Notes under the pieces: model-generated
The model's database searches: none
The model's input: only the letters and a program-made list of their open reading frames with translations
What the model was told of the DNA's origin: nothing
Shown here: in pieces, positions 55,116 through 64,000 of the stretch
How the letters are laid out: every line of letters begins with the position of its first letter
Numbering within the stretch: position 1 is the first letter of the stretch
Made by a program: the position numbers and the translations under genes
Origin: Marinicella sp.
GTDB lineage: Bacteria; Pseudomonadota; Gammaproteobacteria; Xanthomonadales; Marinicellaceae
Assembly (NCBI GenBank): GCA_028284365.1
Contig: JANQRW010000074.1
Location: forward strand, 12,886-76,885
Direction of reading: 5' to 3'
Length of the DNA stretch: 64,000 nt

Positions 55116-55781
55116 TCAATCTTCAGAGTCTTTATCTTGTTCAGTTGCTTCAACTTCATCAGCAGCTGGCACATCTTCTTCAGATACTTCTTCAGCTTGA
55201 CCAATAGCAGAGGTAGATACCACAACTGCATCATGGGAATCATCACCATGTGTGAATGCAACTAAAGTTACACCATCGGGTAATTTAATATCACTCAAAT
55301 GCAAGTTATCACCTGCACTGAATTCTGACACATCCACCTCAATGTACTCAGGTAAATCACCAGGCAAACAAGTGATTTCAACTTCATTCATTTGATAATC
55401 GATCATCACTTTTGAAGATTTACCAGCAGGAGATGTTTCACCACCTAAGAAGTGCAATGGTACATTCATGGTGATTTCTTGCTTATCATTAACACGCAAG
55501 AAATCCATGTGCATAATCACAGCTTTAGAAGGATGTCTTTGCACATCTTTCAATACAACCTTTTGCTTTTTACCACCATCGGCTGAAAATTCAATAATAC
55601 TTGAGAAAAATGCTTCATCTTCGACCAAACGAAGAACTTTGTTGTGTTGCAAAGTTAAATTTCTTGGGTCTTTGCCACCACCATATAAAACGACTGGTAC
55701 TAAACCTGCATGACGTAAGCGGCGGCTCGCACCTTTCCCTACATCTTCACGCAATTCAGCGTCTATTTTAAAAACTGCCAT
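55116..55781 (-). CDS. rplY: 50S ribosomal protein L25 / general stress protein Ctc
   Basis: R...GKGASRRLR..G.VP.V.YGG, an acidic C-terminal tail, and position between prs and pth. Confidence 0.92.
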   Translation of the reverse strand: MAVFKIDAELREDVGKGASRRLRHAGLVPVVLYGGGKDPRNLTLQHNKVLRLVEDEAFFSSIIEFSADGGKKQKVVLKDVQRHPSKAVIMHMDFLRVNDKQEITMNVPLHFLGGETSPAGKSSKVMIDYQMNEVEITCLPGDLPEYIEVDVSEFSAGDNLHLSDIKLPDGVTLVAFTHGDDSHDAVVVSTSAIGQAEEVSEEDVPAADEVEATEQDKDSED

Positions 55782-55843
55782 AATATTTTCCTATTGTTAA
55801 ATGAATGCCCTTGCGACCAGGACATAAATCATCGATTTGATTA

Positions 55844-56797
55844 TCAATCGATATACATTGAGCTAACCGATTCGCGATTAGCTATGCGCCTGATGGTCTC
55901 TCCCAACATTTCTGCGACAGACAACTGACGAATTTTTTTACAATCCAAAGCCTCTTGTCTGAGTGGAATGGTGTCAGTTACCACCAATTCAGTCAGGCCA
56001 GAATCTTCTATGTTCTTGATGGCATCACCAGATAAAACTGGGTGCACACAATAAGCATGTACTGCTTTGGCTTCCCACTCTTTCAATGCTGTGGAAGCTG
56101 CACACAAAGTACCTGCTGTATCGATCATGTCATCAACCAAAATACAAATTTTGTCTTTGACATCACCTATGATGTTCATAACCTTAGCCATGTTTGGCTT
56201 AGGCCTTCTTTTGTCTATGATTGCCAACTCACAACCCAACCGTTTCGCAATGGCTCTGGCTCTGACCACTCCACCAATATCAGGCGAAACAATCGTGACT
56301 TCCTCGCTGTCAAAACGTTGCCACATATCAGCCAATGTCAAAGGCGAAGCATAGACGTTATCCACCGGGATATCAAAGAACCCCTGTATCTGATCGGCAT
56401 GCAAATCAACAGTCAAAACCCGATCAACGCCAACAGCCGCAATCATTTTTGCTGCTACTTTAGCAGTGATTGGCACTCTGGAAGAGCGTGGACGACGGTC
56501 TTGTCTGGCATACCCAAAATATGGAACCACAGCTGTTACTGTTTTGGCTGAAGCACGTTTTAAAGCATCAACCATAACCACCAACTCCATGAAATTATCT
56601 GCTGTAGGACGACACGTAGGCTGAATCAAGAATATATCTTGACCTCGCACATTGTCTCGAATTTCTACTGAAACTTCACCATCACTGAAACGGCCGACTT
56701 TAGCCCGTCCCAATGGAACGCCTAAATTATCAGCAATTCTCTGGGCCAATGCCGGATTGGCATTGCCTGAAAACAACCTGATACCCCGATCAAACAT
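55844..56797 (-). CDS. prs: ribose-phosphate pyrophosphokinase
   Basis: [36 protein letters not shown] and the PRPP loop [12 protein letters not shown]. The start was set at ATG 56797 ([11 protein letters not shown]..). Confidence 0.93.
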   Translation of the reverse strand: MFDRGIRLFSGNANPALAQRIADNLGVPLGRAKVGRFSDGEVSVEIRDNVRGQDIFLIQPTCRPTADNFMELVVMVDALKRASAKTVTAVVPYFGYARQDRRPRSSRVPITAKVAAKMIAAVGVDRVLTVDLHADQIQGFFDIPVDNVYASPLTLADMWQRFDSEEVTIVSPDIGGVVRARAIAKRLGCELAIIDKRRPKPNMAKVMNIIGDVKDKICILVDDMIDTAGTLCAASTALKEWEAKAVHAYCVHPVLSGDAIKNIEDSGLTELVVTDTIPLRQEALDCKKIRQLSVAEMLGETIRRIANRESVSSMYID

Positions 56798-56854
56798 TTT
56801 TGCAGCCTCAGATAAAAACAATGCCCGCAATTTCTTGCAGGCATTACAGTAATA

Positions 56855-56930
56855 TGGCTGGGATGGAAGGATTCGAACCTTCGCATGCCAGGATCAAAAC
56901 CTGGTGCCTTAACCGCTTGGCGACATCCCA
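56855..56930 (-). tRNA. tRNA-Gln (anticodon UUG)
   Basis: Minus strand TGGGATGTCGCCAAGCGGTTAAGGCACCAGGTTTTGATCCTGGCATGCGAAGGTTCGAATCCTTCCATCCCAGCCA. It folds as a cloverleaf, has anticodon loop TTTTGAT, encodes CCA, and is close to E. coli tRNA-Gln. Confidence 0.93.
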
Positions 56931-56996
56931 ATACATGAAGTACTCTTTATGAGCCTTTCACATTTAACACAAAACAATCTGCGCTAAAGGCGGCAT

Positions 56997-57024
56997 ATTA
57001 TAACCAGTATTTTTTTTATTGCAA
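56997..57024 (-). promoter_or_regulatory. candidate sigma-70 promoter for tRNA-Gln (and possibly prs-rplY-pth)
   Basis: On the minus strand TTGCAA (57024-57019), 16-nt spacer, TATAAT (57002-56997). It lies about 65 nt upstream of the mature tRNA 5' end. Confidence 0.45.
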
Positions 57025-57068
57025 AGCCAAAAAACAAAAAAATTTATGCCATTTACAACCTGGTATAA

Positions 57069-57896
57069 CTATGCCAACAACGGTTGTGTCAAAATCGCTT
57101 TGCAAACTGTATTTGCCTTTTCTAAAGCCAATTCAGCAGACTCTTTATCGTCAAATAACGCAAATATTGTTGAGCCAGTTCCTGATAACCTTAACTGCAT
57201 GGTTGGACTCAGCTGCTGATAGATACCGCTAACCTCTTCATATTGGCTCAGGACCACTGGAAAAAAATCATTGATCCAAAAACTTTTATCATTGATGCGT
57301 TTTTCACATAAATTGACCTGATCTCGCTTTAAGTCATGACAAGCAAAAAGTGCTGCAGTGTTGATGGCACAGTCTGGAAATAACAACAAAACATAAGGTG
57401 TATTGAACGTCATTGGGGTAAGCTTCTCACCCACACCACCTGCCAAAGCGCTTTGATTCAAAATAAACACCGGCACATCCGCGCCTAGCTTAACACCCAG
57501 TTCGATCAATGCTTCCTGACCTAAATCACATTGCCAATACTCATTCAAGAAACGCAAAACTGTTGCCGCGTTTGAACTACCACCACCTAATCCGGCCCCC
57601 ATAGGTATCTTTTTATTTACTGAAATCTGCCAACTGGAGTTATTCTGTGCAAACGGCCTTAACAAAGCCGCCGCCTTATAAATTAAATTATTTTCAGTTT
57701 TCAAACCATCAAAACCACTGATCTTGATGTCATTAGCAACATCATTAGCTAATGGTAAGATACCAATCTCATCACCCCAATCCATTAATTGAAAACAAGT
57801 TTGCAATGTGTGATAACCACCTCGCCTTTGATTCAAAACTCGCAACATCAAGTTAATCTTGGCCGGACTTAACAATTGATGTTTCACCAATCCCAT
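57069..57896 (-). CDS. ispE: 4-diphosphocytidyl-2-C-methyl-D-erythritol kinase
   Basis: PAKINL.L.V...R..GYH.L...F, GHMP motif IPMGAGLGGGSSNAA. Overlaps lolB by 13 nt. Confidence 0.92.
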   Translation of the reverse strand: MGLVKHQLLSPAKINLMLRVLNQRRGGYHTLQTCFQLMDWGDEIGILPLANDVANDIKISGFDGLKTENNLIYKAAALLRPFAQNNSSWQISVNKKIPMGAGLGGGSSNAATVLRFLNEYWQCDLGQEALIELGVKLGADVPVFILNQSALAGGVGEKLTPMTFNTPYVLLLFPDCAINTAALFACHDLKRDQVNLCEKRINDKSFWINDFFPVVLSQYEEVSGIYQQLSPTMQLRLSGTGSTIFALFDDKESAELALEKANTVCKAILTQPLLA

Positions 57897-58456
57897 AATT
57901 TCACAGCAATTTTTATCGAATAATTATTCTTGCGCGCAATGATTTTCATAGGGAGTTCACCTTCAGGAAATGATCTTATTTTAGTGTATTCAATAACCCA
58001 CCCCCCTTCTTTAATCACAAAACCATCATCACTAACATTAAGTTCGCTGGCAACCGAATCAAAAGGTTGGCCAATGATCCATGATTTCAACTCTACCCAA
58101 GGTATTTGCCAGCCCAATTGACGACTGATTAAGACTGTAGCAGAATCTGCAAAATAGGTAACTCCAGCAGCATCGATAATTTTTGCACCATCCACCAGTT
58201 CCTCAAGCTGCCAACTTTTTGCACCTAATGGCGCATTCAGTTTCGCTTTAACAAAACCATGGTTTTGTTGCCAATTGATGCGCCCAGAACCACCATCTTG
58301 ACCATCTGAGAAAGACATTTTCCCAGTCATTTGATAGGATTGGGTTTGGCTCAAAGGGATAAGGTTCAGTCGTTTTGGTTTAGTGGTTTTAGGCTTGCAC
58401 GAAGACAAAGCAACTATACATATCAAAACCAACAAAAAATATTTTATTCTAAGCAT
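57884..58456 (-). CDS. lolB: outer membrane lipoprotein LolB
   Basis: Lipobox ALSSC, 190 aa, G(K)(M)SF......G.G...W and position upstream of ispE. Confidence 0.8.
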   Translation of the reverse strand: MLRIKYFLLVLICIVALSSCKPKTTKPKRLNLIPLSQTQSYQMTGKMSFSDGQDGGSGRINWQQNHGFVKAKLNAPLGAKSWQLEELVDGAKIIDAAGVTYFADSATVLISRQLGWQIPWVELKSWIIGQPFDSVASELNVSDDGFVIKEGGWVIEYTKIRSFPEGELPMKIIARKNNYSIKIAVKLWDW

Positions 58457-58495
58457 AGTTGATTACTTAGCTGGTAAGGAAAGAATACCAAATGA

Positions 58496-59260
58496 TTATA
58501 AATTATGTTTGAACTTAATGTATGGAACTGTGCCGGTCAACTGATCAACCGACGTGGTGTTGCTGTTTTCATTAACGCTTCTGCGGGCACCGAAAGAAAT
58601 GGTACCATCTTTGGTGAAATACCAATCAACTTGTAAATCCATGGTTGATTGTTCCAGCCGGTCATTGAGTGTGTTACTCATAAAGTCTGATTGAAATGTA
58701 GCACCAAAACGTTGGTTTCTAATCCCAAAACCCAAACGAGTGGTTTGTAACTGATCTTGATACAAACCGACCAAGTCACCACCGATCCTACCCATTCCCA
58801 AATCAAAACCCATGCGCCAGTTAGAAGAGATGTTCAACACTGAACTTACACCTAACTGGTATCCGGCTAAATCAGAGTCAGAATTAGTATTTAAAAAACT
58901 GTTGCGATTGAAACTGTTAAAAAGCTGGTCATCAGCTTCAATTACATTCAAGCGCAATGACAACCAATCAGCAAATTTCATACCAACCACCAATTCCTGA
59001 CCAAACACACCAGAACTGTTTCTTGACAGATGATAACCTTTTTCTTGTTGTTGCAAAAAATCAAATCCAGTCAGTGAATTTGAACTCAATGCACTTTGAA
59101 AAAAGTCATCGGGATTACTGAACCTTGGGTTACTGCTGGTTAAGGCTTTATTGGTGGATAAGTCAAATGGTTGAAACCCTTTCATACCATCAGCAAAAAC
59201 AACAGTAGCCATACCAAGTGCTGAAAGACTAACAATTGTTTTTAAAAACTTAAAAATCAC
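58496..59260 (-). CDS. putative outer-membrane beta-barrel protein
   Basis: Signal peptide (..LGMATVVFA|DG). Alternating amphipathic beta-strand pattern rich in G/S/N/F. GTG start. Confidence 0.55.
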   Translation of the reverse strand: MIFKFLKTIVSLSALGMATVVFADGMKGFQPFDLSTNKALTSSNPRFSNPDDFFQSALSSNSLTGFDFLQQQEKGYHLSRNSSGVFGQELVVGMKFADWLSLRLNVIEADDQLFNSFNRNSFLNTNSDSDLAGYQLGVSSVLNISSNWRMGFDLGMGRIGGDLVGLYQDQLQTTRLGFGIRNQRFGATFQSDFMSNTLNDRLEQSTMDLQVDWYFTKDGTISFGARRSVNENSNTTSVDQLTGTVPYIKFKHNL

Positions 59261-59423
59261 CGCTTTATCCCAAATATTCCCAAAAACCTATAAGACCGTT
59301 AAATATAAAAATAGTTTCGTATAAAATAATAATATCAAACGACATTAAAAAGAACAAGCAAAATCATAAAGATATGACCAGTTCTTAAAATCTAACACAA
59401 ACTATGTGATTCAGGTCACAATT

Positions 59424-61793
59424 CTATCGCGTACCTTGAGTATTTTGCCAGTATATTTTTGCCATTTTCATGGCTTTTTCCATAATACTGTTTTGTGCAT
59501 ATTCACCATCAATCAACACTCCAACCGGATGTTCCATCAACACCTCCATAGCCTCAGTTATGTGCGATACAGCATGAATTGCGAACTTTCCGGTCTTACA
59601 TGCTTGCTGCACATCATCACGCAACATCAGCTCTCCAGCATTTGACCTCGGAATTATCACCCCCTGTTTGCCCGTTAATCCACGATGGTTACAGGTATCA
59701 AAAAATCCTTCTATTTTTTCATTCACGCCACCAATAGCCTGAACACGACCATGTTGATCAATTGCTCCAGTCATTGAAAAACCCTGATTGATCGGGATTT
59801 GAGTCAATGCCGAAATCAAACAACAAAACTCCGCACCTGATGCCGAATCACCATCTATGCCACCATAACTTTGTTCAAATGCGATTGATGCAGAAAATGT
59901 CAGTGGGTGATCTACTGGTAACATATAACGCAAAAGACCCCCCAGAATATGAAACCCTTTGGTATGAATTGAACCTGACTTTCCGGCCATACCTTCAATA
60001 TCAATAACCCCAGCACGACCAGGCCCGATTGTGGTGGTAATACGTGAAGGAAAACCGTACACAATAGGACCAGCATGAATAACTGCTAAACCATTGATTT
60101 GGCCAACCGTATAACCTTCAGTATCTAAGTTGATGGTGCCATCTTGCAACCTTTCCTGAAATTTTCTGGAGGAAAGCCCTGCACGCTTCTTGGTTCTTTT
60201 GATGGCCTGTGTGACATGATCTCCAGTAACCATTTTTTTATTGTCTTTTTGTGCCAGGTAATTACCTTCTCGTGCCAAATCTGCAACTCGCGAGAATTTG
60301 GCAGTCAGTTTATCTTGTTGTGAACATACTCTTGCCCCATGCTCGATCAACCTTGCTACAGCTGAGGCATTAAATGGCAGTAAGCCATCCTCTTGAATGA
60401 TTTTCGCAATGATTCCAGCATAATTTTCAAAACCTTGTTGATCTCGCTCAATAACAGCGTCAAAATCTGCCAGTACCTTGAATAACTCAGGAAAGTCCGG
60501 ATCTTGGTTATCCAAAAAGTAATACATATTTGAATCGCCAATCAGAATTACTCGCATGCTAATCGGAATGGGCTCTGGCTTTAATGAGGGTTGTGCAAAA
60601 GGCCAGCTCATTTCCGCCGGAACAATCTCCAGTAATTCATTCTTAATGGTTCTGATTAAGGTTTTCCAGGCTCCCGGTTCTGCCAGAACATCACGAGCAT
60701 CCAATACCAAATAACCACCATCTGCCCGCAACAAAGAGCCTCCCACTATACTCAAATGATCAGCTAAAACCGGACCATTCTCACCCCATTTACTTTCAAT
60801 AGAACCTAACAAATTTTGTAAGGAAGGTACCCGCTCAACCACCACCGGACAATCCTTATTGTCTTCAAGTGACATCAGCAGATTGACTGCATACCGTTCA
60901 AGTGGATTAACGTTTTTCGATTTTTTGTAGAAAAATTGTTCAATTAAATCACCTTTAACTACTTCAAGATGATTAAACACTTGTTCATTATCAAACACTT
61001 TTCTGAATTTGTTAACTTCAGCATCTACCAATCCGCTGACATGGGTTTCCAGCAGCTTCCTGATTTGTTCGCCGCTGTCGGCACGAATGTCATTGATTTT
61101 TCTGCCCAAATCTTCAAGCTTCTTGCTGTAGTTTTGTTGCGCTTGCATTAAAGTTTTTTGTTGTGCTTCACTGATTTCACCGGCCGCCACCTTTTGTTGC
61201 CAAACATTTGGATCAAGCACTTCACCATTTATACTTGGCGCAATGATGGTTTGTGGTCCTTGTTGTGTGTTCACATTAATCATGGCCAATGAGTGTTTAG
61301 CCAATTCCTTCTCAAATGGTTCGGTCAGCTTTTTAGTTTTATCCTGAAGTTGCAACTCTGCTTGCTCTTTTTTATTCAGTAAAGACTCTGATTCCATAGA
61401 CTTGGTCAACTCTTCAGCAAAAAACACGCTCAGTTCTGACATCATTTCTTTAAACATTTTGCCCTGGCCAACTGGCAAACTAATGAGTTTTGGTCGATCA
61501 GGTTGGGCGAAGTTTGCTACATAACAATGTTCTGTTTTTTCTTTGAGCTGCGGTTTAACCTCGGTCAAAATCTTGGAAACCATACTCATGCGGCCAGTAC
61601 CACTGAGACCCCTGACAAACACATTTTGTCCATAAGCCTGGCATTCAATTGCAAACTGTAACGCTTCCAAAGCATCATCCTGGCCAACAATCACATTTAC
61701 AGGTTCAATGTCTTTGGTGTTTTTAAAGTCTAATTCTTTGGCATCACACTGCCACCTAACTTGCTGCCATTTGAGTTTGGTATGTTCAATCAT
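59424..61793 (-). CDS. Lon-like protease with inserted helical domain and degenerate AAA motifs (LonC-like)
   Basis: 789 aa. Walker-A-like GLSGTGRMS (Arg in place of Lys), Walker-B-like LVLDAR (no Glu), a long coiled insertion, and a C-terminal Lon protease domain with DGDSASGAE (Ser) and GGVNEKIEGF (Lys). Confidence 0.8.
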   Translation of the reverse strand: MIEHTKLKWQQVRWQCDAKELDFKNTKDIEPVNVIVGQDDALEALQFAIECQAYGQNVFVRGLSGTGRMSMVSKILTEVKPQLKEKTEHCYVANFAQPDRPKLISLPVGQGKMFKEMMSELSVFFAEELTKSMESESLLNKKEQAELQLQDKTKKLTEPFEKELAKHSLAMINVNTQQGPQTIIAPSINGEVLDPNVWQQKVAAGEISEAQQKTLMQAQQNYSKKLEDLGRKINDIRADSGEQIRKLLETHVSGLVDAEVNKFRKVFDNEQVFNHLEVVKGDLIEQFFYKKSKNVNPLERYAVNLLMSLEDNKDCPVVVERVPSLQNLLGSIESKWGENGPVLADHLSIVGGSLLRADGGYLVLDARDVLAEPGAWKTLIRTIKNELLEIVPAEMSWPFAQPSLKPEPIPISMRVILIGDSNMYYFLDNQDPDFPELFKVLADFDAVIERDQQGFENYAGIIAKIIQEDGLLPFNASAVARLIEHGARVCSQQDKLTAKFSRVADLAREGNYLAQKDNKKMVTGDHVTQAIKRTKKRAGLSSRKFQERLQDGTINLDTEGYTVGQINGLAVIHAGPIVYGFPSRITTTIGPGRAGVIDIEGMAGKSGSIHTKGFHILGGLLRYMLPVDHPLTFSASIAFEQSYGGIDGDSASGAEFCCLISALTQIPINQGFSMTGAIDQHGRVQAIGGVNEKIEGFFDTCNHRGLTGKQGVIIPRSNAGELMLRDDVQQACKTGKFAIHAVSHITEAMEVLMEHPVGVLIDGEYAQNSIMEKAMKMAKIYWQNTQGTR

Positions 61794-61909
61794 AAAATTT
61801 TATTTGGTCATTTGTTTAGAACTAAGAGGCATAATAAACGATATTACTTGCATCATTGTTTTTTTTTACCTAAAGTTTGCTTTTTTTAACCTCTGAATAC
61901 GGTGAAAAT

Positions 61910-64000
61910 TTGAACACTTGGGTGGTATTAAAGTTTGGCGGGTCTTCTGTTTCTGGTTTAACTAAATGGCAAGTGATTGTAGAAATAGTTAAACAACGAA
62001 TCAATGAAGGATTTAAGGTGTTGTTGGTACATTCGGCTGCTCAGGGCTTAACCGATTTGCTCACCCAAAAAATCTCTAACAACACCAATATTTACCAAGC
62101 ATTCAAAAGCAAGCTTGAAGCGCTGGGCCAAGATTTGGGTATCAATCCAGAGGTTGCCTTAAACTCACTCAAAAAACTGGATCAATTAGTTCAATTAAAA
62201 AAACCAGATCTTTGGCAACAAGCTGAATTACTGGCTCTGGGTGAACAGTCTACCCATCAGCTTATCATCACTTACCTAAAACAAGTGCTTCAAGCACATA
62301 GCCTCAATCCAAAAGATTGTCTGATCAGTTGCACTGATGATCAGAGAAATCGAGAAGCTCAAATTCTATCTGCTAAGTGCCGGGTGACCAAAAATGATGT
62401 GTTGATTAAAAAGTTGACTGAAAATTGTTATGTGATGCCTGGCTTTTTTGTAAGCAACTGTGAAAACAAAACCGTACTGCTTGGTCGGGGTGGTTCAGAT
62501 ACCAGTGCTGCTTACATGTCAGTTCTATTAAATGCAAAGCGTTTAGAAATCTGGACTGATGTTCACGGTATTTTCAGTGCCAACCCACACAGTATCCCCA
62601 GTGCTCGATTGTTGCTCAAAATGGGCTATCAAGAAGCTCGTGAAATTGCTGCCAGTGGTGGTAAGGTTTTACACCCCAGATGTATTTTACCAGTTGAGCA
62701 ACATAACATACCATTGTTGATCAAAAACACCAATGATCCGAATCAGGTCGGAACCGTGCTGGCACGTGAATACAGCCCAACCAAACCAAGAGTTTCAGCA
62801 ATTAATAGCCGCCACCAAGTCACTTTGGTTTCCATGGAGTCCATCAATATGTGGCATCAGGCAGGTTTTATGGGTGATGTATTTGCCATCTATAAAGAAC
62901 TGGGCCTATCCATCGATTTGGTTTCAACTGCGCAAACCAATGTCACCATCTCATTAGATAACATGGATAATGTGCTTACCGATTCCATATTGTCACAACT
63001 AAATACCGCTTTAAGCACTTTGTGTGAAGTTGAAATCATCAAAAACTGTTCTGCTGTTACCTTGGTAGGCTATAGAATCAGAGCTTTGGCTGATAAAATT
63101 GCACCGGTGTTATCCAGTTTTGCTGACCAACGCATATACATCACCACACAGTCATCCAATGATTTGAACCAAACTTTTGTGGTGGATGAAGACCAGGCCG
63201 ACAAATTAGTCAGGGCCTTGCATGAAGTGTTGATCATTGAAGACAAGGAAATTGATGATTTCGGTTCCACTTGGGCAGAATTAATTCAGGAAAAACAAGC
63301 CAAACCCAAAACCACCACCGCCTGGTGGCAAAACGGTGCTGAAGAACTGTTATCAATTGCCGCTAAACACTCACCCTGTTATGTCTATCATCTGCCAACA
63401 GTGAAAGGTCAAGTTGAACAATTAAAAAAGTTAACTGCTGTTGATCGTTTCTACTATGCCAGCAAGGCCAATTCACACCCTGAAATCTTGCGATTCATGT
63501 ATGAAGAAAGTATTTGTTTAGAGACAGTTTCACCCAATGAGATAGACCGCGTTCTGTCGGTTTGTCCTGATATTCAAAATGATGAGATCTTGTTCACACC
63601 CAACTTTGCGCCAATTGATGAATATCGAAATGCACTAGAAGCAGGTATCTTTGTCACTGTAGACAACCCACAACTGCTATACGATCACCACGAAATTTTT
63701 ACCGACCAAAAAGTCATTCTGAGACTTGACCCTGGTCACGGAAGTGGCCACCATCGCTATGTTAGAACTGCTGGAACCCATTCAAAATTTGGGATTCCCG
63801 CCGATGACATTGAATCAGTAGCAACATTTTGTGCCCAACACAACATTTCAGTTCATGGCCTTCACGCCCACTCTGGCAGCGGCATATTAGATCACAGCAA
63901 CTGGTCCAGAATAGCCGAATATTTAGGCAGCTGTCTGATCCATTTCCCTGAAACCCAGATTATCAATTTGGGTGGCGGTTTGGGCATCAGAGAAAATCCT
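61910..64000 (+). CDS. bifunctional aspartate kinase / diaminopimelate decarboxylase (runs off the right edge)
   Basis: A single open frame runs from TTG 61910 (or GTG 61922) to the window end. N-terminus VVLKFGGSSV, GRGGSDTSA, ACT-like region, then linker ..QEKQAKPKTTT.. and YYASKANSHPEIL, HSKFGIP, GLHAHSGSG, NLGGGLG of Orn/DAP decarboxylases. Confidence 0.85.
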   Translation, partial: MNTWVVLKFGGSSVSGLTKWQVIVEIVKQRINEGFKVLLVHSAAQGLTDLLTQKISNNTNIYQAFKSKLEALGQDLGINPEVALNSLKKLDQLVQLKKPDLWQQAELLALGEQSTHQLIITYLKQVLQAHSLNPKDCLISCTDDQRNREAQILSAKCRVTKNDVLIKKLTENCYVMPGFFVSNCENKTVLLGRGGSDTSAAYMSVLLNAKRLEIWTDVHGIFSANPHSIPSARLLLKMGYQEAREIAASGGKVLHPRCILPVEQHNIPLLIKNTNDPNQVGTVLAREYSPTKPRVSAINSRHQVTLVSMESINMWHQAGFMGDVFAIYKELGLSIDLVSTAQTNVTISLDNMDNVLTDSILSQLNTALSTLCEVEIIKNCSAVTLVGYRIRALADKIAPVLSSFADQRIYITTQSSNDLNQTFVVDEDQADKLVRALHEVLIIEDKEIDDFGSTWAELIQEKQAKPKTTTAWWQNGAEELLSIAAKHSPCYVYHLPTVKGQVEQLKKLTAVDRFYYASKANSHPEILRFMYEESICLETVSPNEIDRVLSVCPDIQNDEILFTPNFAPIDEYRNALEAGIFVTVDNPQLLYDHHEIFTDQKVILRLDPGHGSGHHRYVRTAGTHSKFGIPADDIESVATFCAQHNISVHGLHAHSGSGILDHSNWSRIAEYLGSCLIHFPETQIINLGGGLGIRENP

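Noticed and set aside
56042-56551. 169-aa ORF antisense to prs. Similar long embedded ORFs occur at 11741-12190, 22840-23268, 41849-42274, 43073-43477 and 51542-51937
   Set aside because: Each is nested in or antisense to a gene with strong family motifs. They have low-complexity or Cys/Ser-rich unnatural composition and no independent start-site signals.
56722-56931. 69-aa minus-strand ORF
   Set aside because: It overlaps tRNA-Gln completely and runs into the prs leader, so it is an artefact of the tRNA sequence.
59424-61793. Lon-like protease as a BREX BrxL-type defence component
   Set aside because: No methyltransferase, PglZ, BrxA/B/C or other defence genes flank it. The neighbours are the lolB cluster and lysine biosynthesis.
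61794-61909. Lysine riboswitch upstream of the lysC-lysA fusion
   Set aside because: The spacer is only about 115 nt and very AT-rich. I could not find the conserved L-box helices or the AGAGGCGC-like core.
1-64000. CRISPR arrays, integrases/transposases, prophage genes, toxin-antitoxin pairs and retron/reverse-transcriptase signatures
   Set aside because: I scanned intergenic regions and all ORF translations. I found no spaced direct repeats, no recombinase or RT motifs, and no small adjacent gene pairs with TA-like features.

Overview
AT-rich (judged by eye, not computed) gammaproteobacterial chromosomal segment. Most of it is housekeeping with Pseudomonas/Oceanospirillales-like synteny: glyQS; rnpB; relA; dsbA-cytochrome c4 divergent from engB; uvrD; tex; ettA; and lolB-ispE-tRNA-Gln-prs-rplY-pth. 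A Fur-box-flanked iron module (fbpABC plus a TonB-dependent receptor), a peptide-type ABC importer, a YtrA/ABC-2 module, metX and a fused lysC-lysA running off the right edge are also present. No CRISPR array, integrase, transposase, prophage or recognisable defence genes were seen. The most unusual part is a roughly 9.6 kb accessory signalling and envelope island at 35.6-45.2 kb. It holds two ECF sigma/anti-sigma pairs, an OmpA-domain protein ending in cadherin-like repeats, a stand-alone Hpt protein, a 180-aa exosortase-like protein with no visible substrate, an OmpR-type two-component pair and an ankyrin-repeat protein. Its internal intergenic region contains an 18-bp perfect palindrome, a cluster of Fur-type hexamers and an orphan intrinsic terminator. 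Other points: two copies of a MITE-like element with about 33-bp inverted arms; a SAM-methyltransferase reading frame interrupted only by two in-frame TGA codons; a histidine-kinase C-terminal relic; an internally duplicated secreted protein; an unknown 371-aa gene translationally coupled to uvrD; and a Lon-like protease with degenerate Walker motifs. All calls rest on reading the sequence and the ORF translations. No database search was run.
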